This document shows positions 1 to 9,800 of a stretch of 47,200 nt of DNA, piece after piece. Source of the stretch: Legionellales bacterium (lineage in GTDB: Bacteria > Pseudomonadota > Gammaproteobacteria > Legionellales > Legionellaceae); contig JAKFUY010000034.1 of the NCBI GenBank assembly GCA_021732495.1, forward strand, positions 1 to 47,200. The letters are read 5' to 3'. The number at the start of each line of letters is the position of its first letter. Position 1 is the first letter of the stretch. The notes beneath the pieces were generated by a model. The model made no database searches. It worked only from the letters and a program-made list of their open reading frames with translations, and had not been told where the DNA came from. The position numbers were made by a program, and so were the translations under genes.

Positions 1-4
1 CCCT

Positions 5-790
5 ATGTCTGATAACAAAAACTTTGATGATGAATATCAATATGTAGAAGAGTCTGAAAATGGTCCCGCTTTGACTGAAGAATCCGAAGCAGTTTCTGAG
101 GAGGAGAGCGACCTCTATGCCGATAAAATAACAACAGCACTTGGGAAGCCTGATGTACGAAGAAATGCGATTATAGTAATCCTTGCTTTGTTTTTTTTAA
201 TTGGTTTTATCAAAATATTCAGTTCCTCAATGTTTAAAAATAAAGAGTCTTCAGAACCGTCCCCAAGCGTGCAAGTTAAACCAGAGCCACAACAAGCGAT
301 TCAAGCACCATCCACCAATCAGGCTTCTTCACAAGAAATAGATGGGTTAGTCAATAATCAAAAAAATATACAAAATACGATGAATGGATTTAATCAACAG
401 ATTTCACAAATGACATCACAAATGAATACACTTGCTGGAAACATTCAAACATTACAGCAGCAATTGGTCGACATGCAAACAAAGCAAGCTGTAATAATTA
501 GCTCGATTGAAGAATTGGCCAAATCTCCGAGGCCACGTCAAAGTGTTGTTCATCATCAAGAGAAATCCTATAGGGAGAGGGTGTTTGTGGGTCCGCGCTA
601 CTTTATACATTATTATATCCAAGCCATTATTCCAGGTCGAGCATGGCTTATTAATAGTGAAGGACAAACATTAACAGTTCGATTGGGCTCTAATGTTCCA
701 GGATATGGTAGCGTGCAAGCCATTGACCCATTGCAAGGAAGAGTTAGAATGTCTTCAGGCAAAATCCTAAGATTCAATCAAGATATATAG
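5..790 (+). CDS. icmG: Dot/Icm type IVB secretion protein IcmG/DotF
   Basis: 261-aa ORF with an acidic N-terminus, a single TM helix (AIIVILALFFLIGFIKIF), a Q/N-rich middle and a conserved C-terminal domain. Size and position directly upstream of icmC-icmD-icmJ-icmB match the Legionella/Coxiella region II order (from memory). Confidence 0.7.
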   Translation: MSDNKNFDDEYQYVEESENGPALTEESEAVSEEESDLYADKITTALGKPDVRRNAIIVILALFFLIGFIKIFSSSMFKNKESSEPSPSVQVKPEPQQAIQAPSTNQASSQEIDGLVNNQKNIQNTMNGFNQQISQMTSQMNTLAGNIQTLQQQLVDMQTKQAVIISSIEELAKSPRPRQSVVHHQEKSYRERVFVGPRYFIHYYIQAIIPGRAWLINSEGQTLTVRLGSNVPGYGSVQAIDPLQGRVRMSSGKILRFNQDI

Positions 791-800
791 CAGATATTTT

Positions 801-1331
801 ATGAACCAGAAATTAATCAATATCTTTGCAAATTTAGGACCTTCACTCTTAAGTATTGAGAAGCTACTAACTGCAGGGGCTTATATTATTGGTGTTGCTT
901 TTATCGTTCGAGGGGTGATGGCGTTGAAGCAGGTGGCTGAGCATAAAAACAGCATGCAACAACATACAATGAAAGAACCTTTTTTCTATCTTTTAAGCGG
1001 AGCAATGCTTTTATATTTCCCCTCGGCCTTGAATGTTTTTTTGGTTACCACATTTGGAAGTGATCAAATTCTTTCTTATAATTCTTTAAATCTCTCGAGT
1101 ACATTTTTTTCTAACGCACAAAATTTATCTGAAAATCTATTGTTATTTGTTCAAGTGATAGGAATTATAGCGTTTATCAGGGGTTGGATTATTATTGCTA
1201 AGAGTACCTCTCAAGGAGGGCAGCAGCACGGTGGTTTAGGCAAAGGTTTGATGCATGTTTTTGGAGGCGTATTAGGAATAAACATTGTACAAACCTTAAA
1301 TGTGATTAATAATACTCTAGTGGGTGGATAA
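801..1331 (+). CDS. icmC: Dot/Icm inner-membrane protein IcmC/DotE
   Basis: 176-aa polytopic membrane ORF. It shares the TAGAY-x-(I/V)G motif with the next ORF (the IcmC/IcmD relationship). Synteny between icmG and icmD. Confidence 0.65.
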   Translation: MNQKLINIFANLGPSLLSIEKLLTAGAYIIGVAFIVRGVMALKQVAEHKNSMQQHTMKEPFFYLLSGAMLLYFPSALNVFLVTTFGSDQILSYNSLNLSSTFFSNAQNLSENLLLFVQVIGIIAFIRGWIIIAKSTSQGGQQHGGLGKGLMHVFGGVLGINIVQTLNVINNTLVGG

Positions 1332-1356
1332 AAAATAAAAATAAAAAGGAAAAAAT

Positions 1357-1740
1357 ATGATCAATTTTAAACAAGTAAAACCAATTAAAAAAACTTTGAT
1401 GTGGCTATCTTTTTTAGGAACTGTTTTTGCTGCGAATGTATATGCAACAGCAACAATAGGTACTCTTGCTGCCAATGTTACTAAATCAATTGGTGCTTTG
1501 ACGCAATTGGTTACTGCTGGTGCTTATGTCGGTGGAACATCAATGTTTTTGATTGCGATTTTCCAATTTCGTCAACATAAAGAAAATCCCAGTCAGGTCC
1601 CTTTAAGCAAGCCGATGATGTTTTTGGCGATAGCTGGCGCACTTTTATTCCTACCTAGCCTTATTAAGGTTACAGGACAAACTATTTTTGGAGGAGACCA
1701 AGTCATTGGTACTGCATCAGGACTACTGCCTACTAAATAA
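1357..1740 (+). CDS. icmD: Dot/Icm membrane protein IcmD/DotP
   Basis: 127 aa with a signal-like N-terminus, two TM segments and an FQFRQHKENP motif resembling IcmD. Preceded by a GGAAAAAA RBS-like stretch. Synteny supports the call. Confidence 0.7.
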   Translation: MINFKQVKPIKKTLMWLSFLGTVFAANVYATATIGTLAANVTKSIGALTQLVTAGAYVGGTSMFLIAIFQFRQHKENPSQVPLSKPMMFLAIAGALLFLPSLIKVTGQTIFGGDQVIGTASGLLPTK

Positions 1741-1758
1741 GGTCAATAAAAGCCACTT

Positions 1759-2394
1759 ATGCCAACACAAAAATACTTAAAATTAGATTTACGGGCGTCA
1801 GCAGATAGCTGGCGCTTGTTTTCTGCACGTAAGGCAGATCGAAATTTTTCAAATTTTGAAACAAAAGTATGGCAAAGAGATACCTATAAATGCCGATTTT
1901 GTGGGTTTCAGGCACATAAATATCAGGAAGTGATTAATATCGATGGTAATTTTAGAAATAATAAATTAGACAATCTTGCTACGTCCTGTGTTTTTTGTAC
2001 ACAATGCTTTTTTTTAGAATCAATTGGTGTTGGTGGTTTTGGAGGGGGTATTTTGATCTATGCGCCTGAATTATCCCAAAATCAAATCAATAGCATTTGC
2101 CATGTGTTGTTTTGTGCTATTGCGAACAACTCCGCTTATAAAACCATTTCACAAAATATATATCTAAATCTCAAGTTAAGAACATCTATCATCGAGTCGA
2201 AGTTTGGTGAGGGCTCTTCAGACCCGACTACTTTTGGACACATGTTGATTGATTCCAGGCAATCTGGAGATGAAAAAATTAAGAAATTAATTGAAGGCGT
2301 TAGATTATTACCTTCAAGAGCAAAATTTAGAAGTCAAATTGAAAGCTGGGCTTCTTCTGCTATTGGACACATTAATCAAGATGGTGAGTCTTAG
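1759..2394 (+). CDS. icmJ: Dot/Icm protein IcmJ/DotN (zinc-binding, Cys-rich)
   Basis: 211 aa (L. pneumophila IcmJ is about 208 aa). Paired cysteines C-R-F-C and C-V-F-C-T-Q-C are typical of DotN. Position immediately upstream of icmB. Confidence 0.75.
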   Translation: MPTQKYLKLDLRASADSWRLFSARKADRNFSNFETKVWQRDTYKCRFCGFQAHKYQEVINIDGNFRNNKLDNLATSCVFCTQCFFLESIGVGGFGGGILIYAPELSQNQINSICHVLFCAIANNSAYKTISQNIYLNLKLRTSIIESKFGEGSSDPTTFGHMLIDSRQSGDEKIKKLIEGVRLLPSRAKFRSQIESWASSAIGHINQDGES

Positions 2395-2430
2395 CGGTAT
2401 TATCAGCGCAATGGTTTTGAGGAGTTCTTT

Positions 2431-5400
2431 ATGGCTAAATTTGTAGAATCCTTTTTTTCAGGTGTGGACACCTTTTTTGCCTGGATAGGCACATCTCTCA
2501 AACAATATAGTATCAATTACTGTGATTTAGAAACGGCTGATAGTAATAATGTTTTGGTAAATCATGACGGAACTTTAATTTCCTTATTAGAAATTAAAGG
2601 CATCACGACTTTAATTGGACACCTGGAATTCCAAGTGCTAATGAAAGGATTGGAAAATGCCTTGCAAGGCACTATGTCCCATCCTGGCTATGCTTTTCAA
2701 CTCTTTTTTAGCTATGATAAGCAAAATGTTAAAAAACTAATTCAAGATAATTTTAAGCCAGCTATTGCTACCGCAGAACGCTTAAATTTGAATTTAGAAG
2801 ACCTCTTTCGCGAGCGTGAGGAAATTTTATCTAAGTTTTGTGGTGAGGAAAAATGTTATTTGGCTCTATTTACACGACCATTTTGCCTCAATGAAGAGCA
2901 GCAAAAGATCTCGGTAAAAGAAAAAATTAGCAACATTAGGGATGAAAAACTACCGGGCTTTCAAATATCACAAACTTTATATGCAGCCTATCCTGAAACC
3001 CGCGATTATCATGATGCCTATGTGAGAACTTTGTTAAGCGACTTATTGTCATTGAATGTGGTGGCAAGAGTTTTAGATATTCATGAAGCAGTCTACTGCA
3101 TCAGGCAATCGGTTGATCCTGACTTTACAGGTCCTGATTGGAGTCCAAGTTTGCCAGGTGATAAGATTACTGCAAGGGAGTTTTCAAATCTATCCGGAGA
3201 TATTTCGGATATCCTTTGGCCATGCCTTTCAAAACAAGTCATTCCCAGAGAAGCTCAAATTTATGATAGAAGAACGGTTCAATTGGGTGATAAAATTTAC
3301 TCATCGGTCTATATCGATTTATTTCCTAAAGAAATCCAATCATTTGTGGCATTGTTTTCAAGAGTTTTACCGACCCATGTCCCCTGGAGAATGACGTTTT
3401 TAGTGGAAAGCGGCGGTTTATCGACACTCAAATTTAAGTCAGCCCTAAGTTCCATTCTTTCATTTTCATCTGCACAAAATCGCTTAATTAGTGATTCTGT
3501 AAACTTATTAAAATATTTGAATATCAATACAGATGAGACGATTGTGCGCTTAAAAGTTGTTGCCACAACCTATGCACCTGAAGGGCAACTTGCGTTATTA
3601 AGACGACGGACCTCTGAATTGGTCAAGGCTTTTCAAGGTTGGGGGTCGACTGAAATGTCAGAGTTTTGTGGTGATCCTTTTGCCGGCTACATTGGCTCAT
3701 GTCTTGCCACTTCTTTATATAACCCAGCTATTCCATCCGTTGCCCCATTATCGGATGTTTTAAAGATGATGCCATGGACGAGACCTGCCTCTCCTTGGCC
3801 CTATGGTGCATTATTGTTTCGTTCCCCTGATGGCAAGCCGTGGCCCTTTCAGCCGGGATCAAATTTACAAACCACCTGGATTGATTTGGTCTATGCGCGT
3901 CCTGGTTCGGGTAAATCAGTATTATCCAATGCGCAAAATCTTGCTCTATGCCTATTAGGGGGGCTTGCACGATTACCTAGGATTTCTATTATTGATATTG
4001 GACCTTCCAGTAGTGGGTTGATCTCTTTGTTGAAAGAGGCATTGCCGCCTAGACAAAGACATTATGTGGCTTATTATCGTGTGCAAATGACGCCTGAGTA
4101 TGCTATCAATCCATTTGACACACAACTCGGGTATCGCCTTCCAACGGCCTCAGAACGCGCATTTTTAGTTAACTTTGTGACCTTACTGACAACACCGTTA
4201 GGGGCAAGTAAACCCTATGATGGTATGGCTGATCTGGTAGGCCAGGTGATTGATGAGATGTATAAAAATCTTTCAGATGAATTTAAGCCCAGTTTGTACG
4301 CACCGAGTGTCGAACCCTTAATTGATTCTATTTTAGATGAAATTGGTTTTATTAAGGATGCAAAGTCAACGTGGTGGGAGGTTACTGATACCTTATTTGC
4401 TGCGGGATTAGAGCATGAAGCCGGCTTAGCACAACGTTTCGCTATGCCATTGTTGTCCGATGCTGCTTCCGTTTGTCGAATGCCATCAATTGAGGATTTA
4501 TACGGAAAAATCGTCACGCCTACAGGGGAAACCTTAATTGAAGCTTTTTCACGAATGATTTCTGCATCAATTAGGGAATATCCAATTTTATCGAGAATTA
4601 CGGCTTTTGATATTGGCGATGCCCGTATTGTTTCATTGGATTTAGATGATGTTGCTAAAACAGGCGGTGATTCGGCTGACAGGCAAACGGCTGTGATGTA
4701 TATGTTGGCCCGTTATGTGATGGCCAGACACTATTATTTAACCGAAGAGGTTGTTAAATACGCGCCTGAGCAATATCAGAAGTATCATCATCAAAGGGTA
4801 AGAGAAATTCGTGAAGATCCCAAAAGGATCGTATACGATGAATTTCACCGGACATCAAAAGCCATCGCAGTTAGAGAGCAGGTTTTAGTAGACATGCGAG
4901 AAGGACGGAAATGGAATGTACAAATTTCTTTGCTTTCTCAATCTGTTGAAGATTTTGACTCAATTATGATTGATTTTGCTACAGCCATTTATATTATGGA
5001 TGCCGGCCCAAGTCAATCCGTTGAGAAGACTTGTAAAATTTTTGGCTTATCAGATACTGCGAAAGCGGCCCTAAAAAATAGAGTTCATGGACCTCGATAT
5101 GGTGGTGGAACCTTTTTGGTGCAATACGCCACCAAAGAAGGCATCAATGTACAGTTGCTGACATTAACTTTGGGGCCTATTGAATTATGGGCATTTAGCA
5201 CCACAGCAGAAGATGTGGTTGTTAGAAATGAACTTTATCGACAGTTGGGCCCCCTAGAGGCTAGGCGATTTTTAGCGTTACTATTCCCAGGTGGCAGTGC
5301 AGTAAAAGAGCTGAATAAACGTTTGAATATCTCAGAAGAAGATAAGGCATTGATTAATAATGAACAAAAACAATCTGTCATTCAATCTTTGGTTAAAGAT

Positions 5401-5460
5401 ATTTTGCTGGCCTACGCAAGAGATCCGTATACTTCTGCTTTAATTGAAGAAAGTGCATGA
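2431..5460 (+). CDS. icmB: Dot/Icm ATPase IcmB/DotO (VirB4-like)
   Basis: 1009 aa, the same length as L. pneumophila IcmB. Walker A is ARPGSGKS and there is a DEFH Walker-B-like box (IVYDEFHR). GAGGAG RBS upstream. Confidence 0.9.
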   Translation: MAKFVESFFSGVDTFFAWIGTSLKQYSINYCDLETADSNNVLVNHDGTLISLLEIKGITTLIGHLEFQVLMKGLENALQGTMSHPGYAFQLFFSYDKQNVKKLIQDNFKPAIATAERLNLNLEDLFREREEILSKFCGEEKCYLALFTRPFCLNEEQQKISVKEKISNIRDEKLPGFQISQTLYAAYPETRDYHDAYVRTLLSDLLSLNVVARVLDIHEAVYCIRQSVDPDFTGPDWSPSLPGDKITAREFSNLSGDISDILWPCLSKQVIPREAQIYDRRTVQLGDKIYSSVYIDLFPKEIQSFVALFSRVLPTHVPWRMTFLVESGGLSTLKFKSALSSILSFSSAQNRLISDSVNLLKYLNINTDETIVRLKVVATTYAPEGQLALLRRRTSELVKAFQGWGSTEMSEFCGDPFAGYIGSCLATSLYNPAIPSVAPLSDVLKMMPWTRPASPWPYGALLFRSPDGKPWPFQPGSNLQTTWIDLVYARPGSGKSVLSNAQNLALCLLGGLARLPRISIIDIGPSSSGLISLLKEALPPRQRHYVAYYRVQMTPEYAINPFDTQLGYRLPTASERAFLVNFVTLLTTPLGASKPYDGMADLVGQVIDEMYKNLSDEFKPSLYAPSVEPLIDSILDEIGFIKDAKSTWWEVTDTLFAAGLEHEAGLAQRFAMPLLSDAASVCRMPSIEDLYGKIVTPTGETLIEAFSRMISASIREYPILSRITAFDIGDARIVSLDLDDVAKTGGDSADRQTAVMYMLARYVMARHYYLTEEVVKYAPEQYQKYHHQRVREIREDPKRIVYDEFHRTSKAIAVREQVLVDMREGRKWNVQISLLSQSVEDFDSIMIDFATAIYIMDAGPSQSVEKTCKIFGLSDTAKAALKNRVHGPRYGGGTFLVQYATKEGINVQLLTLTLGPIELWAFSTTAEDVVVRNELYRQLGPLEARRFLALLFPGGSAVKELNKRLNISEEDKALINNEQKQSVIQSLVKDILLAYARDPYTSALIEESA

Positions 5461-6806
5461 CAAAAGTAAAAACCCGATACATTTGTGAGCAGTGCGGGGC
5501 CTTGTCTACACAATGGAGTGGACAATGTTTCCATTGTTGTTCATGGAATAGTTTAGTCTCTGAATTGGTCCCCAAAAAATCAGAACACTCTCATTATGCA
5601 TCTGCTGTTTCTGAAATTACACCCATTCATCAAGTGACCTTATCAGAACAGACGCGCTTGGATACGGGCTATCAAGAGCTGAATCGTGTCTTAGGTGGCG
5701 GATTGGTCACGGGCTCTGTGGTGCTGATTGGTGGAGATCCCGGAATTGGAAAATCAACCTTGCTCTTGCAAACCGTTTCTTATTTGGCAAAAACACAGAA
5801 GGTGCTTTATGTGACTGGTGAAGAATCTTTAAGCCAAGTAGCACTTCGATCGAAGCGCATGCAACTGGTTGAAAATGAATTGCATTTATTGGCTGAAACG
5901 CAAGTAGAAAGTATCCTCCAGAAAGCACAGCAGTTTGTCCCTCAAGTGATGGTGATTGACTCTATTCAGACGATGTATACCGAGTTGCAATCAGGTAGTG
6001 CAGGTGGGGTAAGCCAACTTCGAGAGGCTACTGCACAGCTGGTCAGATTTGCAAAAAAGACACACACCATCATTTTCTTGGTGGGACATGTGACCAAAGA
6101 GGGCGCCTTAGCTGGTCCGCGTGTATTAGAACATATGGTCGATGCAGTGCTTTATTTTGAAGGACAACAAGATAGCCGTTTTCGAGTGATTCGTGCCATT
6201 AAAAATCGTTTTGGTGCAGTCAATGAGCTGGGTGTATTTGCCATGACTGAAAAGGGACTCAAAGAAGTCAGCAACCCCTCGGCAATTTTTCTATCGGGTT
6301 ATGAATACCCAATGCCTGGTTCTGCGATTATGGCCACCTGGGAAGGCTCCAGGCCGTTACTTGTTGAATTGCAAGCCTTAGTCGATGACAGTTATGGGCA
6401 GCAGCCAAGACGCATTACGGCTGGATTAGAGAACAATCGCTTGGCTATTTTGCTGGCAGTGTTGCATCGTCACGCAGGTATTGCGACTTTTGGACAAGAT
6501 ATTTTTATCAATGTGGCAGGTGGGGTAAAAATTTCCGAAACAGCCGGTGATTTGGCTTTATTGGCGGCAGTGGTTTCCAGCTTAAAAAACCAAATTAACC
6601 AGTCACAAACTATTATTTTTGGAGAGGTCGGCTTAGGAGGGGAAATTCGCCCGGTACAATCTGGGTTAGAGCGACTGAAAGAGGCACAAAAACATGGATT
6701 TCAACGAGCGATCATCCCCTTTGCCAATGCCAATAAGTCTAAAGATTTAAAAATGGAGTTGTATCCGATTAAACATATTCGAGAATTATTGGATGTGCTG
6801 TTTTAG
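5457..6806 (+). CDS. radA: DNA repair protein RadA/Sms
   Basis: N-terminal C-x2-C...C-x2-C zinc finger, Walker A GDPGIGKST, RadA-specific KNRFG motif and a Lon-like C-terminal domain. The ATG overlaps the icmB stop (ATGA). Confidence 0.95.
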   Translation: MTKVKTRYICEQCGALSTQWSGQCFHCCSWNSLVSELVPKKSEHSHYASAVSEITPIHQVTLSEQTRLDTGYQELNRVLGGGLVTGSVVLIGGDPGIGKSTLLLQTVSYLAKTQKVLYVTGEESLSQVALRSKRMQLVENELHLLAETQVESILQKAQQFVPQVMVIDSIQTMYTELQSGSAGGVSQLREATAQLVRFAKKTHTIIFLVGHVTKEGALAGPRVLEHMVDAVLYFEGQQDSRFRVIRAIKNRFGAVNELGVFAMTEKGLKEVSNPSAIFLSGYEYPMPGSAIMATWEGSRPLLVELQALVDDSYGQQPRRITAGLENNRLAILLAVLHRHAGIATFGQDIFINVAGGVKISETAGDLALLAAVVSSLKNQINQSQTIIFGEVGLGGEIRPVQSGLERLKEAQKHGFQRAIIPFANANKSKDLKMELYPIKHIRELLDVLF

Positions 6807-6809
6807 TCT

Positions 6810-9800
6810 TCACTTGGGTCCTTGCTGTGATGTATTCTCTTGATGGTGACTTGTTTTTGGTTTTTTTTCTTGGGTAAACAATGATACCACAGCAATACAT
6901 GGAGCCTGTTCTACCTGACTTGTTGTTCGTTTATGTGAAGGATAACCCAAAGTCGATGCTATGAACTCTTGTAATTCGGGCGGTATTCTCGCTTTTTCTA
7001 CAGTTAATTGGCAATTTTCAATCAGTTCAACTTTCTTTTCTGGGCAAACATTTTTGATACACTCTAATAGCTTTGTTAAATCTTCTGCACTTCCTTGGGA
7101 TAGTGTGATGGCTATGGCATCTTCTGGAATTAAAAAGCATTTTGAGTCTGGGTTTTTTGTGCACACCCATTCTAGAAAAGTAGATAGTTTAGAGATGATG
7201 ACCTGACTCCAGGTGAAACTCAAGAGTAGCTTTTGTTGGTCTGAGATATCGAATTCTAGAATGTTATCTAAGACTAAAAGAGTGTTCTCTAAATCCTGCT
7301 TACATGCAATAGCAAGCGGTTGACAGTCATCTTCATCTTGCTCTATCAAAAGTGCTACTTGATTTTTTTTATCAAGACATCTTAGGTATCTAAGGATAAT
7401 TTTAAGGCTTTCAGTGTTTTGGCTAGCTGCTACGTGTAATACATTTCCTGACAAACTATCATTAATCGCATGATGTCCCCATGGACTGATTTTTTCAGTT
7501 AATAATTGAATATTTCCAGGGCTACCAATTCCATAGATAAAAAGAGCGGGATCGATAAGCAATTCTTGCTGATTGTGTTCAGGCAAGGAATTAATAAGGG
7601 GGAAAATAGTGCTCAAAATGGAATGTTCAACCCAATACATAAGAATAGAATCCTCTTCACGTTCACTGTCTTTACTGAGAAGACTTAGCTTGGTTTCATC
7701 TGAAGTGCGTAATAGATGGCTTATGAGAGTTGGTAGCAACTCTGAATGATATATATCTACAAGCTTTAAACAAACGGCACCTTCATTATCCTGTTCAGTC
7801 CAAATAACTGCTTGCAATTCTTCCGGTAGTTGGGAAATAAAATCCATCAGCATGGGGGCGTGCTCAGCATCGTCTTTAAGTGCAACAAGTAGTGCATTTT
7901 CACCATTATTATTACTGGTAGTAAGAACTTCTGTTAGGATCTTCATCGGAAGTTTTTTCAATACCTCGAGCAACGGTTGAATGTTTTTACTTCTTTGACA
8001 TGCAACCATGAGGGGATTGTCATGATCACCATCTCCATCCGTAAAAATATGCAATAGTTTTTTGCGGGACTTAACAAGGTCGTAAATTTTTCCAAGAATA
8101 GGATGAAACTCGGCAGTGGAATTCTCACAGATGAAATGAAGTAGACTTAGACTATGAATATTTGAAGAACACGGGTCTAATCGATAAAAATCAAGTTGTT
8201 CTTTTAAATTCAGTGGCGTTCGCAGACTGTCAACTTTTTCCATGATGACTTGAGTGAATTCTGGACCCTTCCAGATACTCCATTCAAGAGTATTGTAATC
8301 ATCTCCATCTGTATCCAATAGCAGTTTTTTTAGAGCAGTTTCAGGAATATTTGACATCAGCATTTTTAAATATTCTGTATTATGTGCAAGCATAAGAATA
8401 TTCTCTGAGCCATTACCATTAGGTTCTAAGTAAAATTCATCTTCTATTTGGAGACTTTGAAGAAACCTTATTAAATACAGTGTGCATCTTGGGTAATATT
8501 TAAGCGCATATTGAATACAATTGTAATGCGCATCACCTTCGTTTTCATCGGTTATTTGAGTAAATATTTTGAATTTATCATCATGGTTCAATGTTGATAT
8601 TTTTGAAATTAAATACTCAATACCTTCTTTTTTTGCCAACAAAGCGAGGTGTAAAACATTTTGTTTATAGGCATTTTCTTGTGAAAAAATAGCTCCTTGG
8701 GTGGCGATGTCCAAGTTTGAAATTTCGTCAAAAATAGCAAAAAAACAAGCATTGCTTACATTGGCCATTAAAATATTTTCACCTGAATCATCGCAATGTT
8801 TTAGTAGGCTCATTTTATTTTCAGTTGTTTGATGGCCTGAAAAGGTCCATTGCAATAATGGGTGAGTACACTCTGGATTTTCAGTATCATTGATGAAGTG
8901 AACCAACAAAGGTGTAAACCGAACAAACCCGTCCGGTTTGGCATCTATTTTCTCTGTCAAATATTGAACAAAAAAATCAATTTCTTCTGATGTTTCATAT
9001 TCTCTACAATCTTCGATTACGTAAATTCGTAAAGAATTAATAAGTGCAAATACAAAGCGGGTATTGGGTTGCTGTTCTAAAAGCTCAAATGCAATATCAA
9101 GTAATTCTTTGATATGCTCTTGGGGTAGAGTCATTGATCTTATAAAATAGTGAATGTTGTTTTCCAAAATACTGGAATCAAATTCATTGAGGAGTGCTAA
9201 ACTTCTACGTAAATAATCAGGCTTCTTAAACCAAATATCGTCCAACTCGATTTCATCACTCCTAAGATGTAATTCTAATATATCTTTTGATATTGGTGAT
9301 GGATATTCCAATGCTAATGTAAGGCAAGTTTCCCCATCGGAATTTCTCATGGCTAGGACTTTAAGGACTTCATCAATATCACTAAAGCTTTCAAGGATGT
9401 CCAGTAGGGGCAAAACAGCGTCGTGATGCTCTTTAATAGCCAGCATTAGAGTGTTTTCTTGATTAGTATTTAACTTGGTAAATAGTAATGCGTTTCGTGT
9501 TTCATCGTCTATACACAGACGTTGGTTAAATAGTGCAATCAAATCAGAGGTGGAAAAGGATTTTAAAATATCGATTAATAATGTATTCGGCGTTTCATGT
9601 ATTGAGGCCAACTGCATCAGTGTGGTATTTCCTTTAGTATCTTTTTGGCTTAAAAGTGAAACTTGCTCGAAAGGCGACAATTTATGCATGAGTGCGCATA
9701 AACCATTGGCATATTTTTTGTAAGGCTCATGACAGCTCATGGATAAGGCGTTGAATCTATGTTTTGTTTCTTGACTTAAAATAGAGAATATCAACGAGCT

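Noticed and set aside
3083-4517. Internal or antisense ORFs within icmB (3083-3394, 3309-3566, 3728-3970, 4215-4517), and similar ones inside the other large genes
   Set aside because: They are embedded in long ORFs with strong family motifs, they are low-complexity or odd-composition translations, and they show no independent evidence.
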